IMG/VR virus record: IMGVR_UViG_3300021431_000089
Span: 47,103 to 111,102 of that record
Strand: one strand, 5' to 3'
Length of the DNA stretch: 64,000 nt
Source: a virus
Taxonomy: Duplodnaviria > Caudoviricetes
Under the pieces are notes generated by a model. It searched no databases. It saw only the letters and a program-made list of their open reading frames with translations, and was not told where the DNA came from. This document shows, one piece after another, positions 40,628 through 51,017 of this stretch. Each line of letters opens with the position of its first letter. The first letter of the stretch is position 1. Both the position numbers and the translations under genes were made by a program.

Positions 40628-41752
40628 TCACCTCATTGCCGTAACCGTTGCCGCTATAATCCTAGCGGCTTCAACAATATCAGCCTGTGTATTATTGCTG
40701 GAGAAAGAAACCCTGATTGTGCTCATCGCATCCTCATCAGTAACCCCGATCGCCTTTAGCACCCTGCTCGGTCTGGTCGTATTGGCATGGCACGCGGAGC
40801 CGGCTGATACACAAACACCTTTGGCCGAAAGCGCCATAATTAACGTTTCTGCATCAACCCCTTTGAACGAAATGTTCACAATTTTTGGATTCGGTTCTCC
40901 ATTAATTCTCATTATATCATATGCTTCGCCCCCGCAACGGGATTCCATCTCGTTATTTAAACATTCGACAAACGCATTTGTAACACCGTCGGAAACCGTC
41001 GTTGCTCCGTCGATTACATCGGCACATGCGGTACCAAATCCAACAATCCCAAGCACATTCTTTGTGCCAGGACGGAGACCGAACTCTTGTTCCTTAGCAC
41101 CACTCAATATCGACGACAAACGTTCAGGCGATTTGACATACAGAGCACCAACCCCCTGCGGGCCGTGAACCTTGTGAGAAGATATTGACAAGGAATCAAT
41201 CTCCGGATGCCTACTAACATCGATTGGAAACTGGCCGAACGCTTGGACATAGTCGATATGCAACCATGCATCAGATGGCTTCAGTTTAACAATTTTGGAA
41301 ATGTTATTTACCGTGCCAATCTCGTTGTTGACGGCAGTAAACGCAAGCAGCGGGTTTGGAACCACGATCATATCAAGCTTGCTTGCAAGATCGTCATAGT
41401 CAATTTGCCCATACGAATTCAATTTCACAACACAGTGTAAGTCATAATCTAAAACAGACTGATAAACCGAATCATGTTCTCCCTCGGAACACATAGCGAA
41501 CACTGCACTACACCCCTTTATTGCCAAATTGTTGGCCTCAGTCCCGCCAGACGTAAAAACTATCTGGTCGGGTCGCGCACCAATTGATTTGGCAACAACC
41601 TCTCTTGCCCCTTCCACCATTCTACTAGCTTCAAGCCCAATAGCATGCCGCGAATCCGGGTTGCCGTAATATCCGCCTTCCATATATGCCTTCATTGCAT
41701 TGATAACCCTTGTAGACATTTGCGTTGACGCCGCATTATCAAGATAAATCAC
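40628..41752 (-). CDS. iscS: Cysteine desulfurase (IscS/NifS class V PLP enzyme)
   Basis: IYLDNAAST, FTSGGTEANN, NNEIGT, SSHK.HGPQGVGAL, RPGT.NV, VSAGSAC. Confidence 0.92.
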   Translation of the reverse strand: MIYLDNAASTQMSTRVINAMKAYMEGGYYGNPDSRHAIGLEASRMVEGAREVVAKSIGARPDQIVFTSGGTEANNLAIKGCSAVFAMCSEGEHDSVYQSVLDYDLHCVVKLNSYGQIDYDDLASKLDMIVVPNPLLAFTAVNNEIGTVNNISKIVKLKPSDAWLHIDYVQAFGQFPIDVSRHPEIDSLSISSHKVHGPQGVGALYVKSPERLSSILSGAKEQEFGLRPGTKNVLGIVGFGTACADVIDGATTVSDGVTNAFVECLNNEMESRCGGEAYDIMRINGEPNPKIVNISFKGVDAETLIMALSAKGVCVSAGSACHANTTRPSRVLKAIGVTDEDAMSTIRVSFSSNNTQADIVEAARIIAATVTAMR

Positions 41753-41775
41753 AAACTCACCCTCCTAGACTTAAT

Positions 41776-42078
41776 TCATTCGTCTTTTCCTGTAATAATT
41801 TGAAACTCTATATCACCAGCAATAAACGCAGCTGTACTTAAACACTCACGATATTCCTTACCATGATTGCTATAAAACTCTGCTCTCAATACAATAAAGC
41901 GCGGGTAAACCTGTTCAATAATCGCCCTGTCTGGTACGTGAGCCGGAATTCCTGAGAGAGATTCATTAAATAAAAAGCCGCGTCTACAGATTAATCTGTC
42001 CCCCGGCTTAAGTCCAAGATCAATTTCGGCATCAATTGGTTTGCCCCTTCTTATATTTACTACTTTATTTTTCATCAA
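41776..42078 (-). CDS. Hypothetical protein
   Basis: AGGAGG RBS. Confidence 0.55.
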   Translation of the reverse strand: MMKNKVVNIRRGKPIDAEIDLGLKPGDRLICRRGFLFNESLSGIPAHVPDRAIIEQVYPRFIVLRAEFYSNHGKEYRECLSTAAFIAGDIEFQIITGKDE

Positions 42079-42085
42079 TACCTCC

Positions 42086-42982
42086 TTAGCTATAGTTAGC
42101 TACAGCAGCGTGCTGTTCATTTGACTGTAACGCCTGCGGGAATGTAATAGCATATTCCTGCGGCTTATCTTTTGTAATTTCCATCTCGTCATCTTGTGCT
42201 CCGGATTCCATAATCATGCTGTCGACAAGATAATTTTCCGTAAGTGAACCAAGATTTAGTTTTTTATACGCTTCCTCGATTTCCTCGCCCGTGATACCAA
42301 TATAATCAAGCGTCTGAGCCGGCGTCGAATGACCAAGCATTTTCTGAAGGAGTAAAAGCTTTCGGCTATCGTTATTGCTCATTACCATCTGGTGATAACA
42401 GAATGTCTTTCTCAATGAATGGCTCGACATTTTTATGTTAAGGTCAAGCTCATTTGCCAACCCGACAAGAATCCTGTTTATTGACTGTATAGTAAGTGGT
42501 TTCCCGAGATTCTTACCACGATTCGAAGTTGCCTTAAACATGTAATCACTCAGGCTAACACCTTCGGTGTGCTCGAGAAATAAAGTAACCGCATCGACCA
42601 CAGCATTGTTCACTGTGATGTAACGGTTCTTTTTTCTCTTTCGCGTGTTCCTAGTCTTCTTCTCGAAAACCGGGAACGTATCTTTAAATGTCAGATTGTC
42701 GTTAATCAAATTTGAAAAACGCAAAACCCGAAGATCACTCGCTCGCAAACCAAAGTTAATGCCGACAATAAACAGCATGTTATCTCTGTATCGCCCATGG
42801 TCAATCAAATATTTTGAAATGCGATTGATGTCATGTAAATCCTTCACAGGTTCTGCGGCGTGATCAATTGCAAGTTCTTCATCAACGTTTTCCTTTGCCG
42901 GAGAAATCATTCCGTCAGCAAGTTTGCGCACCCTGTTCTCTTTGAGTGCACGAATATCAATTGTTCCGTTTGACATCGGCAA
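42086..42982 (-). CDS. Second tyrosine recombinase (catalytic domain only)
   Basis: GINFGLRASDL, EKKT, HSLRKTF, LGHS...TLDYIG. Confidence 0.88.
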   Translation of the reverse strand: MPMSNGTIDIRALKENRVRKLADGMISPAKENVDEELAIDHAAEPVKDLHDINRISKYLIDHGRYRDNMLFIVGINFGLRASDLRVLRFSNLINDNLTFKDTFPVFEKKTRNTRKRKKNRYITVNNAVVDAVTLFLEHTEGVSLSDYMFKATSNRGKNLGKPLTIQSINRILVGLANELDLNIKMSSHSLRKTFCYHQMVMSNNDSRKLLLLQKMLGHSTPAQTLDYIGITGEEIEEAYKKLNLGSLTENYLVDSMIMESGAQDDEMEITKDKPQEYAITFPQALQSNEQHAAVANYS

Positions 42983-44635
42983 TATCCTCCCACATGTAAG
43001 TTGGAGGGTTTAAAGCCCCGTGAAATTCAAGGTTTGAAACCCTCGCATAATAAGATGTGTTGTTTACTTTAGCAATTTCCATGCGAACGTCAAGCCCGTA
43101 TTTTCTTAAATTGTCCTCGATGCATTTTACTGCCATTAGATTGTGTTCCGTCGGGCCGATTCCATCGAAGTTCAACAGCATGTTTGTATCACATTTCCCA
43201 TTCCTTGCCAGATCAATTCTTGCCAACCACATATATAGATTACTATATTGCAAACCGATCTTTTCTCGGTGTGCCATACGATCCAGTTCGTCAGCCCAAT
43301 CGTTACCAAAAAGTTGGTACATCTCGTGTCGATACTCGTTTATAATCTTCTTCGTTGCTACAAGCTTATGCATTTTTGTAAATGCATCAAGGTATTCAGA
43401 CCGTGTGTATGCTAGCTGTTGTCGAAGGCGGTCAGCATCCGCTTCGTACTGTTGACGGCCTCTGTTATAAAGTGCGCCAGCGAATAAACGGAACAGAAAC
43501 GCTAGGAGATATGCACAAAGACCAAAAACCAGAAATATAAAAGAGCAAATATATCCTAACGTCATACGACCATCTCCTTTAGTCGCCGACAGAACAGAAT
43601 ACAATGGCTAACAGAAAAACCGTCTGCCCGATAAATAATCCGCTCATGAAAATCAGGAACTCTTTAAGCGTTGGCATCTTCTGTATCGAATCCTACCTTA
43701 TTTTTGGAGACGTAGTTCATATAATACGTTCTGATCTCCCGCTCATCACGTTCGACTTCGCGAATACCGGCCTCTGCCGCTTCCATACGGTCGATAATAT
43801 GTTGCATGTCCTCGTTAAAGCAGCTAAATTCATCCTGAATTGTTTTGCTGTTCTTGTTCGAGACAGTGATGAGATTTGAAACTCTGTTTTCAATACCGGA
43901 GGCATGTCTTTCTACGTCAGTAATCCTTTTATCAATCTCCGAACGTTCCTGCCTGTCAGCGTTCATATACTTATATGTATTATACAGCCCGAAACCAGAA
44001 AGGATAAGATTAAAAACCAGTACTAAAATCACAACAGCATTCATTTTTTATTACCCCCTTTGTTCTTTACATACTCATGCCATGCGTCTACAAGCCTGAG
44101 CACATCGCAGCGTGCCCAAAAATTCTCTTCAAGATAATCCATAATCCACGAAACCGGAATCGCATCTACGGATGGCTCGTTGTAAATTAAATCCTGTGAC
44201 ATGATGAGCCCGTTTACCCAATCTTCCCCAGTGTGCTGGTATGCCGGTTCATTAATCATCGCATCAATCTTGCCAAGGATACTTTTTTCCTTTATCAATC
44301 TGTCCATACTACCTCCTATCGTTTAAAATGTCATAAACCCGAGATGAGCTAATACATAGTTCGCTTGCTATCTCAGTTGGCTGGTATCCACACCTATACA
44401 TTTTCTTAACAGCCCGCGTTGTTTTCTTCTCATCCGATTCGACAGTTTTTCGTTTGATTCCTTTAGCCTTGATTGCCTGACGGCGACGCCGGTTCTCCTC
44501 AGTAACCTTGGCGTCGCAATCATAGCAAATCATACCGGCCGAAATTCCGTATCTGTATGTGCCGAACGGCCCCGTAATAACACGGCCGCATATCGCACAT
44601 TTTCTACGGACGTCTTCATACCGGGGCTTAGTCAT
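42957..44635 (-). other. Hypothetical ORFs (42957-43565 and 43664-44044 membrane-anchored; 44041-44307; 44309-44635 Zn-finger + HTH)
   Basis: TM helices, CxxC pairs, and an EIASELCIS.SRVY.IL HTH. Confidence 0.55.
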
Positions 44636-45012
44636 TAAAAGCCGCCCTGCTTAAGCATCATCTTAAACTCAGTAGCCTTCTGCTTGGCGCCAGCCTTAAC
44701 GCCATCGTTGTAACTGTCATCAATGCGACGCTGGATTTCGGCGGCAAGCTGTTCAACCGTTGCCAGTTTCAAGCTTGCAGCAACCTCTGCGGCTTCAACC
44801 TTCACGGACTTACGGTCTTCGACCCATTCAAGAAGGTCAGATTCCGTGATCAGATATGTATGGCCACGAGTCTTTCCCGGGACAGTAGACGCACGAAGGG
44901 TACCCTTCAATACAGCATTACGAAGCGTCTGTTCGGAGACGCCAGCGGTCTGTGCCGCAATACTCAGTTTTAAATACTTTTCAGACATGTTTTTTAATTT
45001 TTCCTCCCTCAT
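44635..45012 (-). CDS. MerR/excisionase-like HTH DNA-binding protein
   Basis: L...AA..AGVS.QTLR.....G.L.A...YLI...DL..W. Confidence 0.7.
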   Translation of the reverse strand: MREEKLKNMSEKYLKLSIAAQTAGVSEQTLRNAVLKGTLRASTVPGKTRGHTYLITESDLLEWVEDRKSVKVEAAEVAASLKLATVEQLAAEIQRRIDDSYNDGVKAGAKQKATEFKMMLKQGGF

Positions 45013-45038
45013 CTTTCCAAGTAAAAAACCCGACTTGT

Positions 45039-45341
45039 TTATTTGTAATCGGGCAGATCAACATCAATGTAGACATATTCCAGACTGATCGGCTTTTCTG
45101 CGCTCATGTTGACGTCTGGCGAAACCAGGTGCCCAGTATAAACCGCTTTTGCAATCGCCTCTGGCAAAGTAGATGGTTCAAGATAGAACTTTGACTTTAA
45201 AATCAGAGCCCTAGCTCGTTGCATTGCATCGTAAAGCGAGTCACCTTTCACGCTTCCCTTGAAGTCTGGTATGTAAAGTAAATAATCCGATCCATCTTTC
45301 GTTAAGATTGTTGGATAAACTGCGTGGATGATACCAATCAC
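45039..45341 (-). CDS. HicB-like antitoxin (orphan)
   Basis: YP.I......YL..IPDF.....G.SL.DA...AR..I; no HicA nearby. Confidence 0.7.
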   Translation of the reverse strand: MIGIIHAVYPTILTKDGSDYLLYIPDFKGSVKGDSLYDAMQRARALILKSKFYLEPSTLPEAIAKAVYTGHLVSPDVNMSAEKPISLEYVYIDVDLPDYK

Positions 45342-45351
45342 CTCCTACCTG

Positions 45352-45705
45352 CTAAAGTGTTATCTTATCGAGAAAAACCATCATACCCTCATAGCACACA
45401 ACCTCGCCATCTTTGAATACGAACCGCCACCCAGCAGGCCAGCTTGCATCCTCATCAATTACATAAGCGTCCTCGCCGTCGCATACATACGGTACAAACT
45501 CATTCAATAAATGGTGAACATTGCGGAGACAAGACATCACATCGTTCGTTTCTACAAGCCCCATAATGTCATATGTGTTGCTTTCTGGATCATAACCCCA
45601 TTCACTGAAGTAAGTCTCCCACGGTGCGTTGTCGAAATGCAGGTCGTCTGCAACAACCCCTTCGCGAACTTTCAGCGCGGCATCAATGCTTAATACATGA
45701 GACAT
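45352..45705 (-). CDS. Hypothetical acidic protein
   Basis: RBS present; in operon. Confidence 0.5.
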   Translation of the reverse strand: MSHVLSIDAALKVREGVVADDLHFDNAPWETYFSEWGYDPESNTYDIMGLVETNDVMSCLRNVHHLLNEFVPYVCDGEDAYVIDEDASWPAGWRFVFKDGEVVCYEGMMVFLDKITL

Positions 45706-45859
45706 AATTCATCAATCCTTTCCATTTCGAAAATACAATTTTCAAGATACTCAATCTGATAAGCGACGATTTCCAGTGGCAGGTGACTCGTTTTCAAATC
45801 ACGAATCGCCTGCTTGTAGCTTTCAATCATGTCATCCATACCTCTTTCCTTTCCGTTGC

Positions 45860-46053
45860 CACATGGCAAACTCCGTTTCCCGTGTGCGTACCTGGCTTTT
45901 AAACGAGCATCGACGATTTAACACCCTTTTAAATCGTCGATGTGAGTTTTAAAGTCAAGTACAGGCACTGATCGAAGAACAGATACCTTCTCGTTACTAT
46001 CGCTAACAGCGGTAGCTGCTGTGGTTAAAACGCCAAAGCTATATACCCATGTG
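45860..46053 (-). ncRNA. Retron-like msr-msd unit 4
   Basis: Terminal IR CACATGG (45860-66)/CCATGTG (46047-53); G at 46046 follows the 5' arm on - strand; core 45997-46016; long hairpin at about 45888-45962. Confidence 0.7.
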
Positions 46054-46058
46054 TGTTA

Positions 46059-46301
46059 AACCCTGATCCGGCACTTAATTCCCTAAGTAGAAATTAAGTG
46101 TGATTTTAAAAATCCGATCGCCCGATTCGGAGGGCTGATCGGATGGGGCGAAGCCCCTTAAATTTCCGCAGAGCGGAAATTTAAGGCTCATCCTTTCCCC
46201 GACAATGCATTTCTATCGCTAACAGCGGTAGCCAAACCAACAATTATGTAGATGTAAGAGAGGGAGAAAACCAGCTTGTTGGAATGAATTGCATCAGGGC
46301 T
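46059..46301 (-). ncRNA. Retron-like msr-msd unit 3
   Basis: Terminal IR CCCTGAT (46061-67)/ATCAGGG (46293-99); G at 46292 in TGCAATT; core 46213-46232 is 20/20 identical to unit 4; four consecutive hairpins. Confidence 0.72.
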
Positions 46302-46329
46302 ATCAAATTTAGTTATATACTCGATGTGT

Positions 46330-47982
46330 TCAAATATGTTCTTTATTTTTGTTCACAGATTCCGCAGTCTGCGATCTATATTTTGTCAATGCTTCGATTG
46401 CCATCTTATGTGCTGTGGAAGATCGACATGTTTTGAGATCATAAACTCTTTCCGCGCCGTAGTACGGACATTTTGTACAGTGTTCCGCCGAATCCGCGTC
46501 GGGCAGATAAGACTTCATACAATAAATCGCCTCGTCGATTGTCATTTCATTCATAAAACCTCACTTTTATTATCCTCTGACAATACCTTTATGTAGACAT
46601 TGCCGTCATTTCCATGCTCGTCGATTTCACGACAGGCCAGATAACCGACCTGCCCTTTAACTGTTCCCTCAATGCTGGTAACGACATCATCAAAAGATGT
46701 CTTACACATTTCCTCATATGAGAGAGGCGTTTCACACGCAATTTCGATTTTAAAATAGTTCATCATACCTCCTATTTATTAGCGGCTTTCGCCTTTGCCA
46801 GATCGACATAAATGTCGCAGTAAGTATCGTCGAAATAGTCATCGACCTTTTCAATAAACCACGGCTGTCTGGCAACGGTTTTGTATGCGTCATAGAAAAT
46901 CCAATTCTTTCCGCCGATTCTTGCATGCACATACAAGATGTTGTCATTTCCAACATACTTATTAAAAGTGTCGATCTGCTTTTTGACAGCGCGGCGATGT
47001 TGTTTGATCAGGAACTTGGCACGCTTACGGTTCTTGCCATGGACACGAGCCCAATTAACATCAACTGCCATATCGTCCTTGTAAATCAGATACTTTTTCA
47101 TAGCTGCTTTAGTTCTCAGACTGGACACATACCATCCATTACATGCCCATCTTGGATATGATCTGATCAAATCCTCAAGTAAAAAGCTGAAGCCCGAACC
47201 ATCATCGTACTCAGCTTTCTGTTCCTGCCCCATGAGTCGATACCCACGAAGTCTTGGAATATTAAGGTGAATGTTATTTTCATGCAGATATTTACTGATG
47301 TCTTCAATCTGCGCATACGCTCCCAAATCCATATAAACCCTCCTTTATTACATGCTTCTGAATTTGTAATAATACAGTACGTTCTCCATCTGAACGCAGA
47401 CTTCACCGGTAGTTTGTAGTGGCATATATTACCTCGCTTTCCTCATCCGTTTCGGTTTGCCATGCTTGAACAATGCGTGATGCCAATAACGATGGATGGT
47501 CAACACACCACCCTCACAGGTTGTATAGAATTCACAGTAGCGCCCCCTTCTGACCGGAACAGAAGGATCAATCTTCCACGCCCTACGGAATACTTCGAGA
47601 TTAATCATTAGCATTTGCGTATCCGTTATAGCGGATGACGTCCCCATGTTCGTCTATCTGAGTGTAAGACGCAAACCCAACCTCACCTTTAATTATCTGT
47701 TCCGTGTAGTCAATAACTGACTCTAAAAACACATCACACATTTCATCGTATGTAAGCGGACTCTCACATACCATTTCGATTTTGAAATAATTCATATTAC
47801 TTTGCCCTCCTCATTCTTTTCGGCTTGCGATGTTTATACAGCAGGTGATATGAATCGTTTGTGACCATAATCAATTCACCACAGTACCCGCTGAAGTAAC
47901 AATTGTTGTGCCGCAAGAGTCGATAATCCGGGCCATCATCGCCCTGCCGTTCGTAAATCAGTTTGTAAAGTCTCAAGTTCAT
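46330..47982 (-). other. Small hypothetical ORFs (46330-46554; 46551-46766 and 47601-47795 MNYFKIE paralogs; 46772-47332; 47429-47647 and 47797-47982 sharing a KH.KPKRMR C-terminus)
   Basis: Coupled ORFs with internal paralogy. Confidence 0.55.
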
Positions 47983-49691
47983 ATGCTTCCATCCTTATAT
48001 TTAAGAAGCGCGGATAAATCACCCGGCTCAATTCCATCCTCGACTAGCTCAAGTGCAAAATCAGGAAAGTACCAGTACCACTGCTCACCTTTTTCAAATT
48101 CGACTCGATATACACCGTGGAGAATTCCAATGCAGGCACTAGCGACCTCGCCGACTCTCCCTATATGATCATCATATGCCGGTATATATCCGACCCAATG
48201 CTTAATATTTGGAGTTACACGAACAATATCACCTTGTTGGAAAAAGACCATTCACAAGTTCACCCCACCAAAAAGCCCGGACAAATCGCCCGGCTCAATC
48301 TTGGTTTCGGCAAACTCAAGAACCCATTCTGGGAAATACCATAACGTTTCACCATCTTTAAAATCAATACGGCACAGATCCTTGCTAACTCCACCGCTGC
48401 TGGGGACAACTTCGCCAATCTCCCCGATATAGGCGTCAAGTTGGGGGACATACCCGCCCCATTCTCTTGAGCTCTTCATCACACGCACAAGATCACCCGC
48501 CATAAACTTGTTCATTATTTATACCCCCGTCCAAATTGCGAAACGAGATTCATAACAGACATCTCTGATGAGATTTCTTCAGCCGGTTCGTTTGCTACCA
48601 ATCGCAAATATTCATCTTTATAAAACCATTTGCCATCAATTCCTTCAAAACCACCGACTATAGCGTAAATAGTATCATCTATATCATCTTCAAAGCCAAC
48701 AACCTCGCCCGTGCAACCTACTGTTTTGTCCATACCGGGCACCCAGTACTCCCAATCGGAGCCATTGCGAACAACAGTTACCTTATCTCCAATCCAAAAC
48801 ATTGTCCTTGTCATCATAATTCACCTCCAACATTGCCGCTGAATAATTCTGTAAGATCACAGGTCGACTTAAAGCATGGCTCAAGGTTATCGTCGTAATA
48901 AGTCAATAATCGTTCGTCCCAGAACCACGGAGTCTCCCTGAGATGATACCCAAACGAACCGTTGGACGCCTGATCTCTATACTCTATTGTGTAAGTATTG
49001 CCGTCTCCGACATATTGGTTCATGTCACGATTCCAACCACCGGCGCATCTTTCCAGATCCTCTCCGCTGCCAACAATCTGTACCTTATCTCCACTGCGAA
49101 AAATCATTTGCCATCTCTCCTCACACTACGTTCCTGAGTCCATTGGAATAGATCGTTGATAGAAAATTCCGGTTCGACGCAATCATCAACAAGCTCAAGA
49201 CATCTTTCATCCCATTTGTAAGGGAACGGTGTCAGATACCAAGACGCGTCATGAAAGCAGCTCTCATCCTCAAAGAGATACCCCGGCCTCCCATCTGACA
49301 AGAGTCCCTTGGCAATTACGTAGACAGCACCATCGTTGACAAACTTACCCATTTTAGGGTCATTCCAACCGAATGCGCAGTCATACAAATCCTTGCCCGA
49401 TCTCGAGATCAAAACCTTGTCGCCCGGTTGAAACTTAAAAGCCCCAGCAGGCTCAAGTAATCTTTCATCCCAAACACAGTCAATTTCATCAAAGTAGTAT
49501 CCAACCCGTCCGTCTTCGTTTCCGTAATCAATATCTGAATCAGCATAATCAATATCGTAATCAGCAATTGTGTAAATGTTCCCGTCATTCACATATACAG
49601 ACATACCATCATCCCAACCGCCAAAACAATCTTCGAATTTGTCTCCACTGCGGGTAATACGAACCCTGTCTCCAATCTTAAATTTTGCCAT
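47979..49691 (-). CDS. Tandem array of five paralogous KOW/SH3-like small proteins (47979-48251, 48252-48515, 48515-48817, 48814-49107, 49104-49691 with two domains)
   Basis: Each begins F-x-x-G-D-x-V-x-(V/I), has a W(Y/F/V)(F/W)....L motif, and ends in an acidic DL..LF-type tail. Confidence 0.7.
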
Positions 49692-49712
49692 GATCTCTCC
49701 TTTCATCTATGC

Positions 49713-50068
49713 AATTCAAACTCTCATATAGTTTTACGCCTGAGCCCGCGGCCGGCGCCTCCATCGGGAAACTCACGTTCTGGTTTTTGCATCAAAAATC
49801 CCTGTATCGATATTCTTATTGGAATAAAAATATTCCAATTATGAATAATTGCGCCACAAAGTCTTATGTTTTTGGGATTTTGTTTTTCATAAAACCTTGA
49901 CCTCATTGCAGCTGTATGTTATGCATACACGCAGCAATTAACTCGTGGTTTTCGCTTCCGGCGACCTGCAGCGTGCCTCCTGCTCCCGGGTACTTTCATA
50001 CCCCAGCAAGTTGTTACTTTCGCTAACAGCAAAAGCTCATCTGAAAAGATGAAATTGCAGTTTGAATT
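49713..50068 (-). ncRNA. Retron-like msr-msd unit 2
   Basis: Terminal IR AATTCAAACT (49713-22)/AGTTTGAATT (50059-68); G at 50058 in TGCAATTT; hairpin; core 50007-50036 is 29/30 identical to unit 1. Confidence 0.78.
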
Positions 50069-50083
50069 ATTGATTAGTTACTT

Positions 50084-50467
50084 TTATTCATCATCAAAAA
50101 CAAAGGATACCGTATTGTAAAGTGGTAAGACCCAGATGTGTTCATCATCATACCCTTCGGTATCGATATAGAATTCCGTAAACATATAGCGGTCATCATT
50201 GTAATGATCATCACCGAGAGCGTCTCTCGTAAGCGCAATGGAGTTCGGGAACGCGTATGTGTCTAACCCATACACATAATAGTGAGCGATATGCGGATTG
50301 TGTGCGTCAATTTCGCCCCTGCTATATATAAAGTCAAATGCGAATTTACGACCATCCTTAAATGTAATCTCGTATCCACCCGGCGATGTCTTCAACCCGC
50401 CAGGTTTTAACGGTTTGTCATGCCATATGTCAAATTTCATACCATACAGTCTTGCACTTTTTTCCAC
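50084..50467 (-). CDS. Hypothetical protein
   Basis: AGGAGG RBS; GTG start. Confidence 0.55.
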   Translation of the reverse strand: MEKSARLYGMKFDIWHDKPLKPGGLKTSPGGYEITFKDGRKFAFDFIYSRGEIDAHNPHIAHYYVYGLDTYAFPNSIALTRDALGDDHYNDDRYMFTEFYIDTEGYDDEHIWVLPLYNTVSFVFDDE

Positions 50468-50478
50468 CTGATTACCTC

Positions 50479-50808
50479 CTAATCAAAGAACCCATCGTCT
50501 TCAAGTTTGTGCGCAAGCTTATCGATAAGCCGCCACACATCACCCAGGCCGACGGGGTTCCATTTACCCTCTTCTTTCTTCCAAAATTCGAGCGTGCTGC
50601 GTGGATCTAGCATTTCGAGGTAATGCAATACACCCCGCCATCCTTCATGAGGAAGTTTGATGGCGACCTCGGAGTCGATTTCAAAGTCGCGATCAATATA
50701 ATTGTAGATATTGTTCTCTCTTAAGAAGTTATCGAACCCGTAGTCATTGCAGAATTCGGCAATGTCATAGATATCCTTTACATCAGCATAAAACTCACCT
50801 TTATTCAT
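50479..50808 (-). CDS. Hypothetical protein, paralog of the N-terminal domain of 53653-54255
   Basis: Shared EF.....D..D...FC.D...D ... W ... E.W......W ... L..DGFF. Confidence 0.6.
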   Translation of the reverse strand: MNKGEFYADVKDIYDIAEFCNDYGFDNFLRENNIYNYIDRDFEIDSEVAIKLPHEGWRGVLHYLEMLDPRSTLEFWKKEEGKWNPVGLGDVWRLIDKLAHKLEDDGFFD

Positions 50809-51014
50809 AAACGTCCCCTCTGCTTGTAAAACCCGAAGGAATCAATAGAACCATTGCAGACGAAGTTTACATCGCCATCCGCAGTATCAAATCTCAAATG
50901 GGTTTCCGATACGGCGATATAAACTATGTTAGTGAACCGTATAGCCCTGTCCTCACTCTTAAATTTAAGGTCAAGGCCGTATGGGCCGCCTTTAAATTCC
51001 TGAACCATATTCAC
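50805..51014 (-). CDS. Hypothetical protein immediately downstream of RT
   Basis: Coupled ORF, 69 aa. Confidence 0.5.
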   Translation of the reverse strand: MNMVQEFKGGPYGLDLKFKSEDRAIRFTNIVYIAVSETHLRFDTADGDVNFVCNGSIDSFGFYKQRGRL

Positions 51015-51017
51015 CCC

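Noticed and set aside
46072-46089. 16/18 match between the unit 3 hairpin (reverse complement) and the repeat at 16247-16264 near attP
   Set aside because: Tempting as a decoy-operator link, but a rough estimate gives about one such match by chance between the templates and a 64-kb window. It needs support from homologs.
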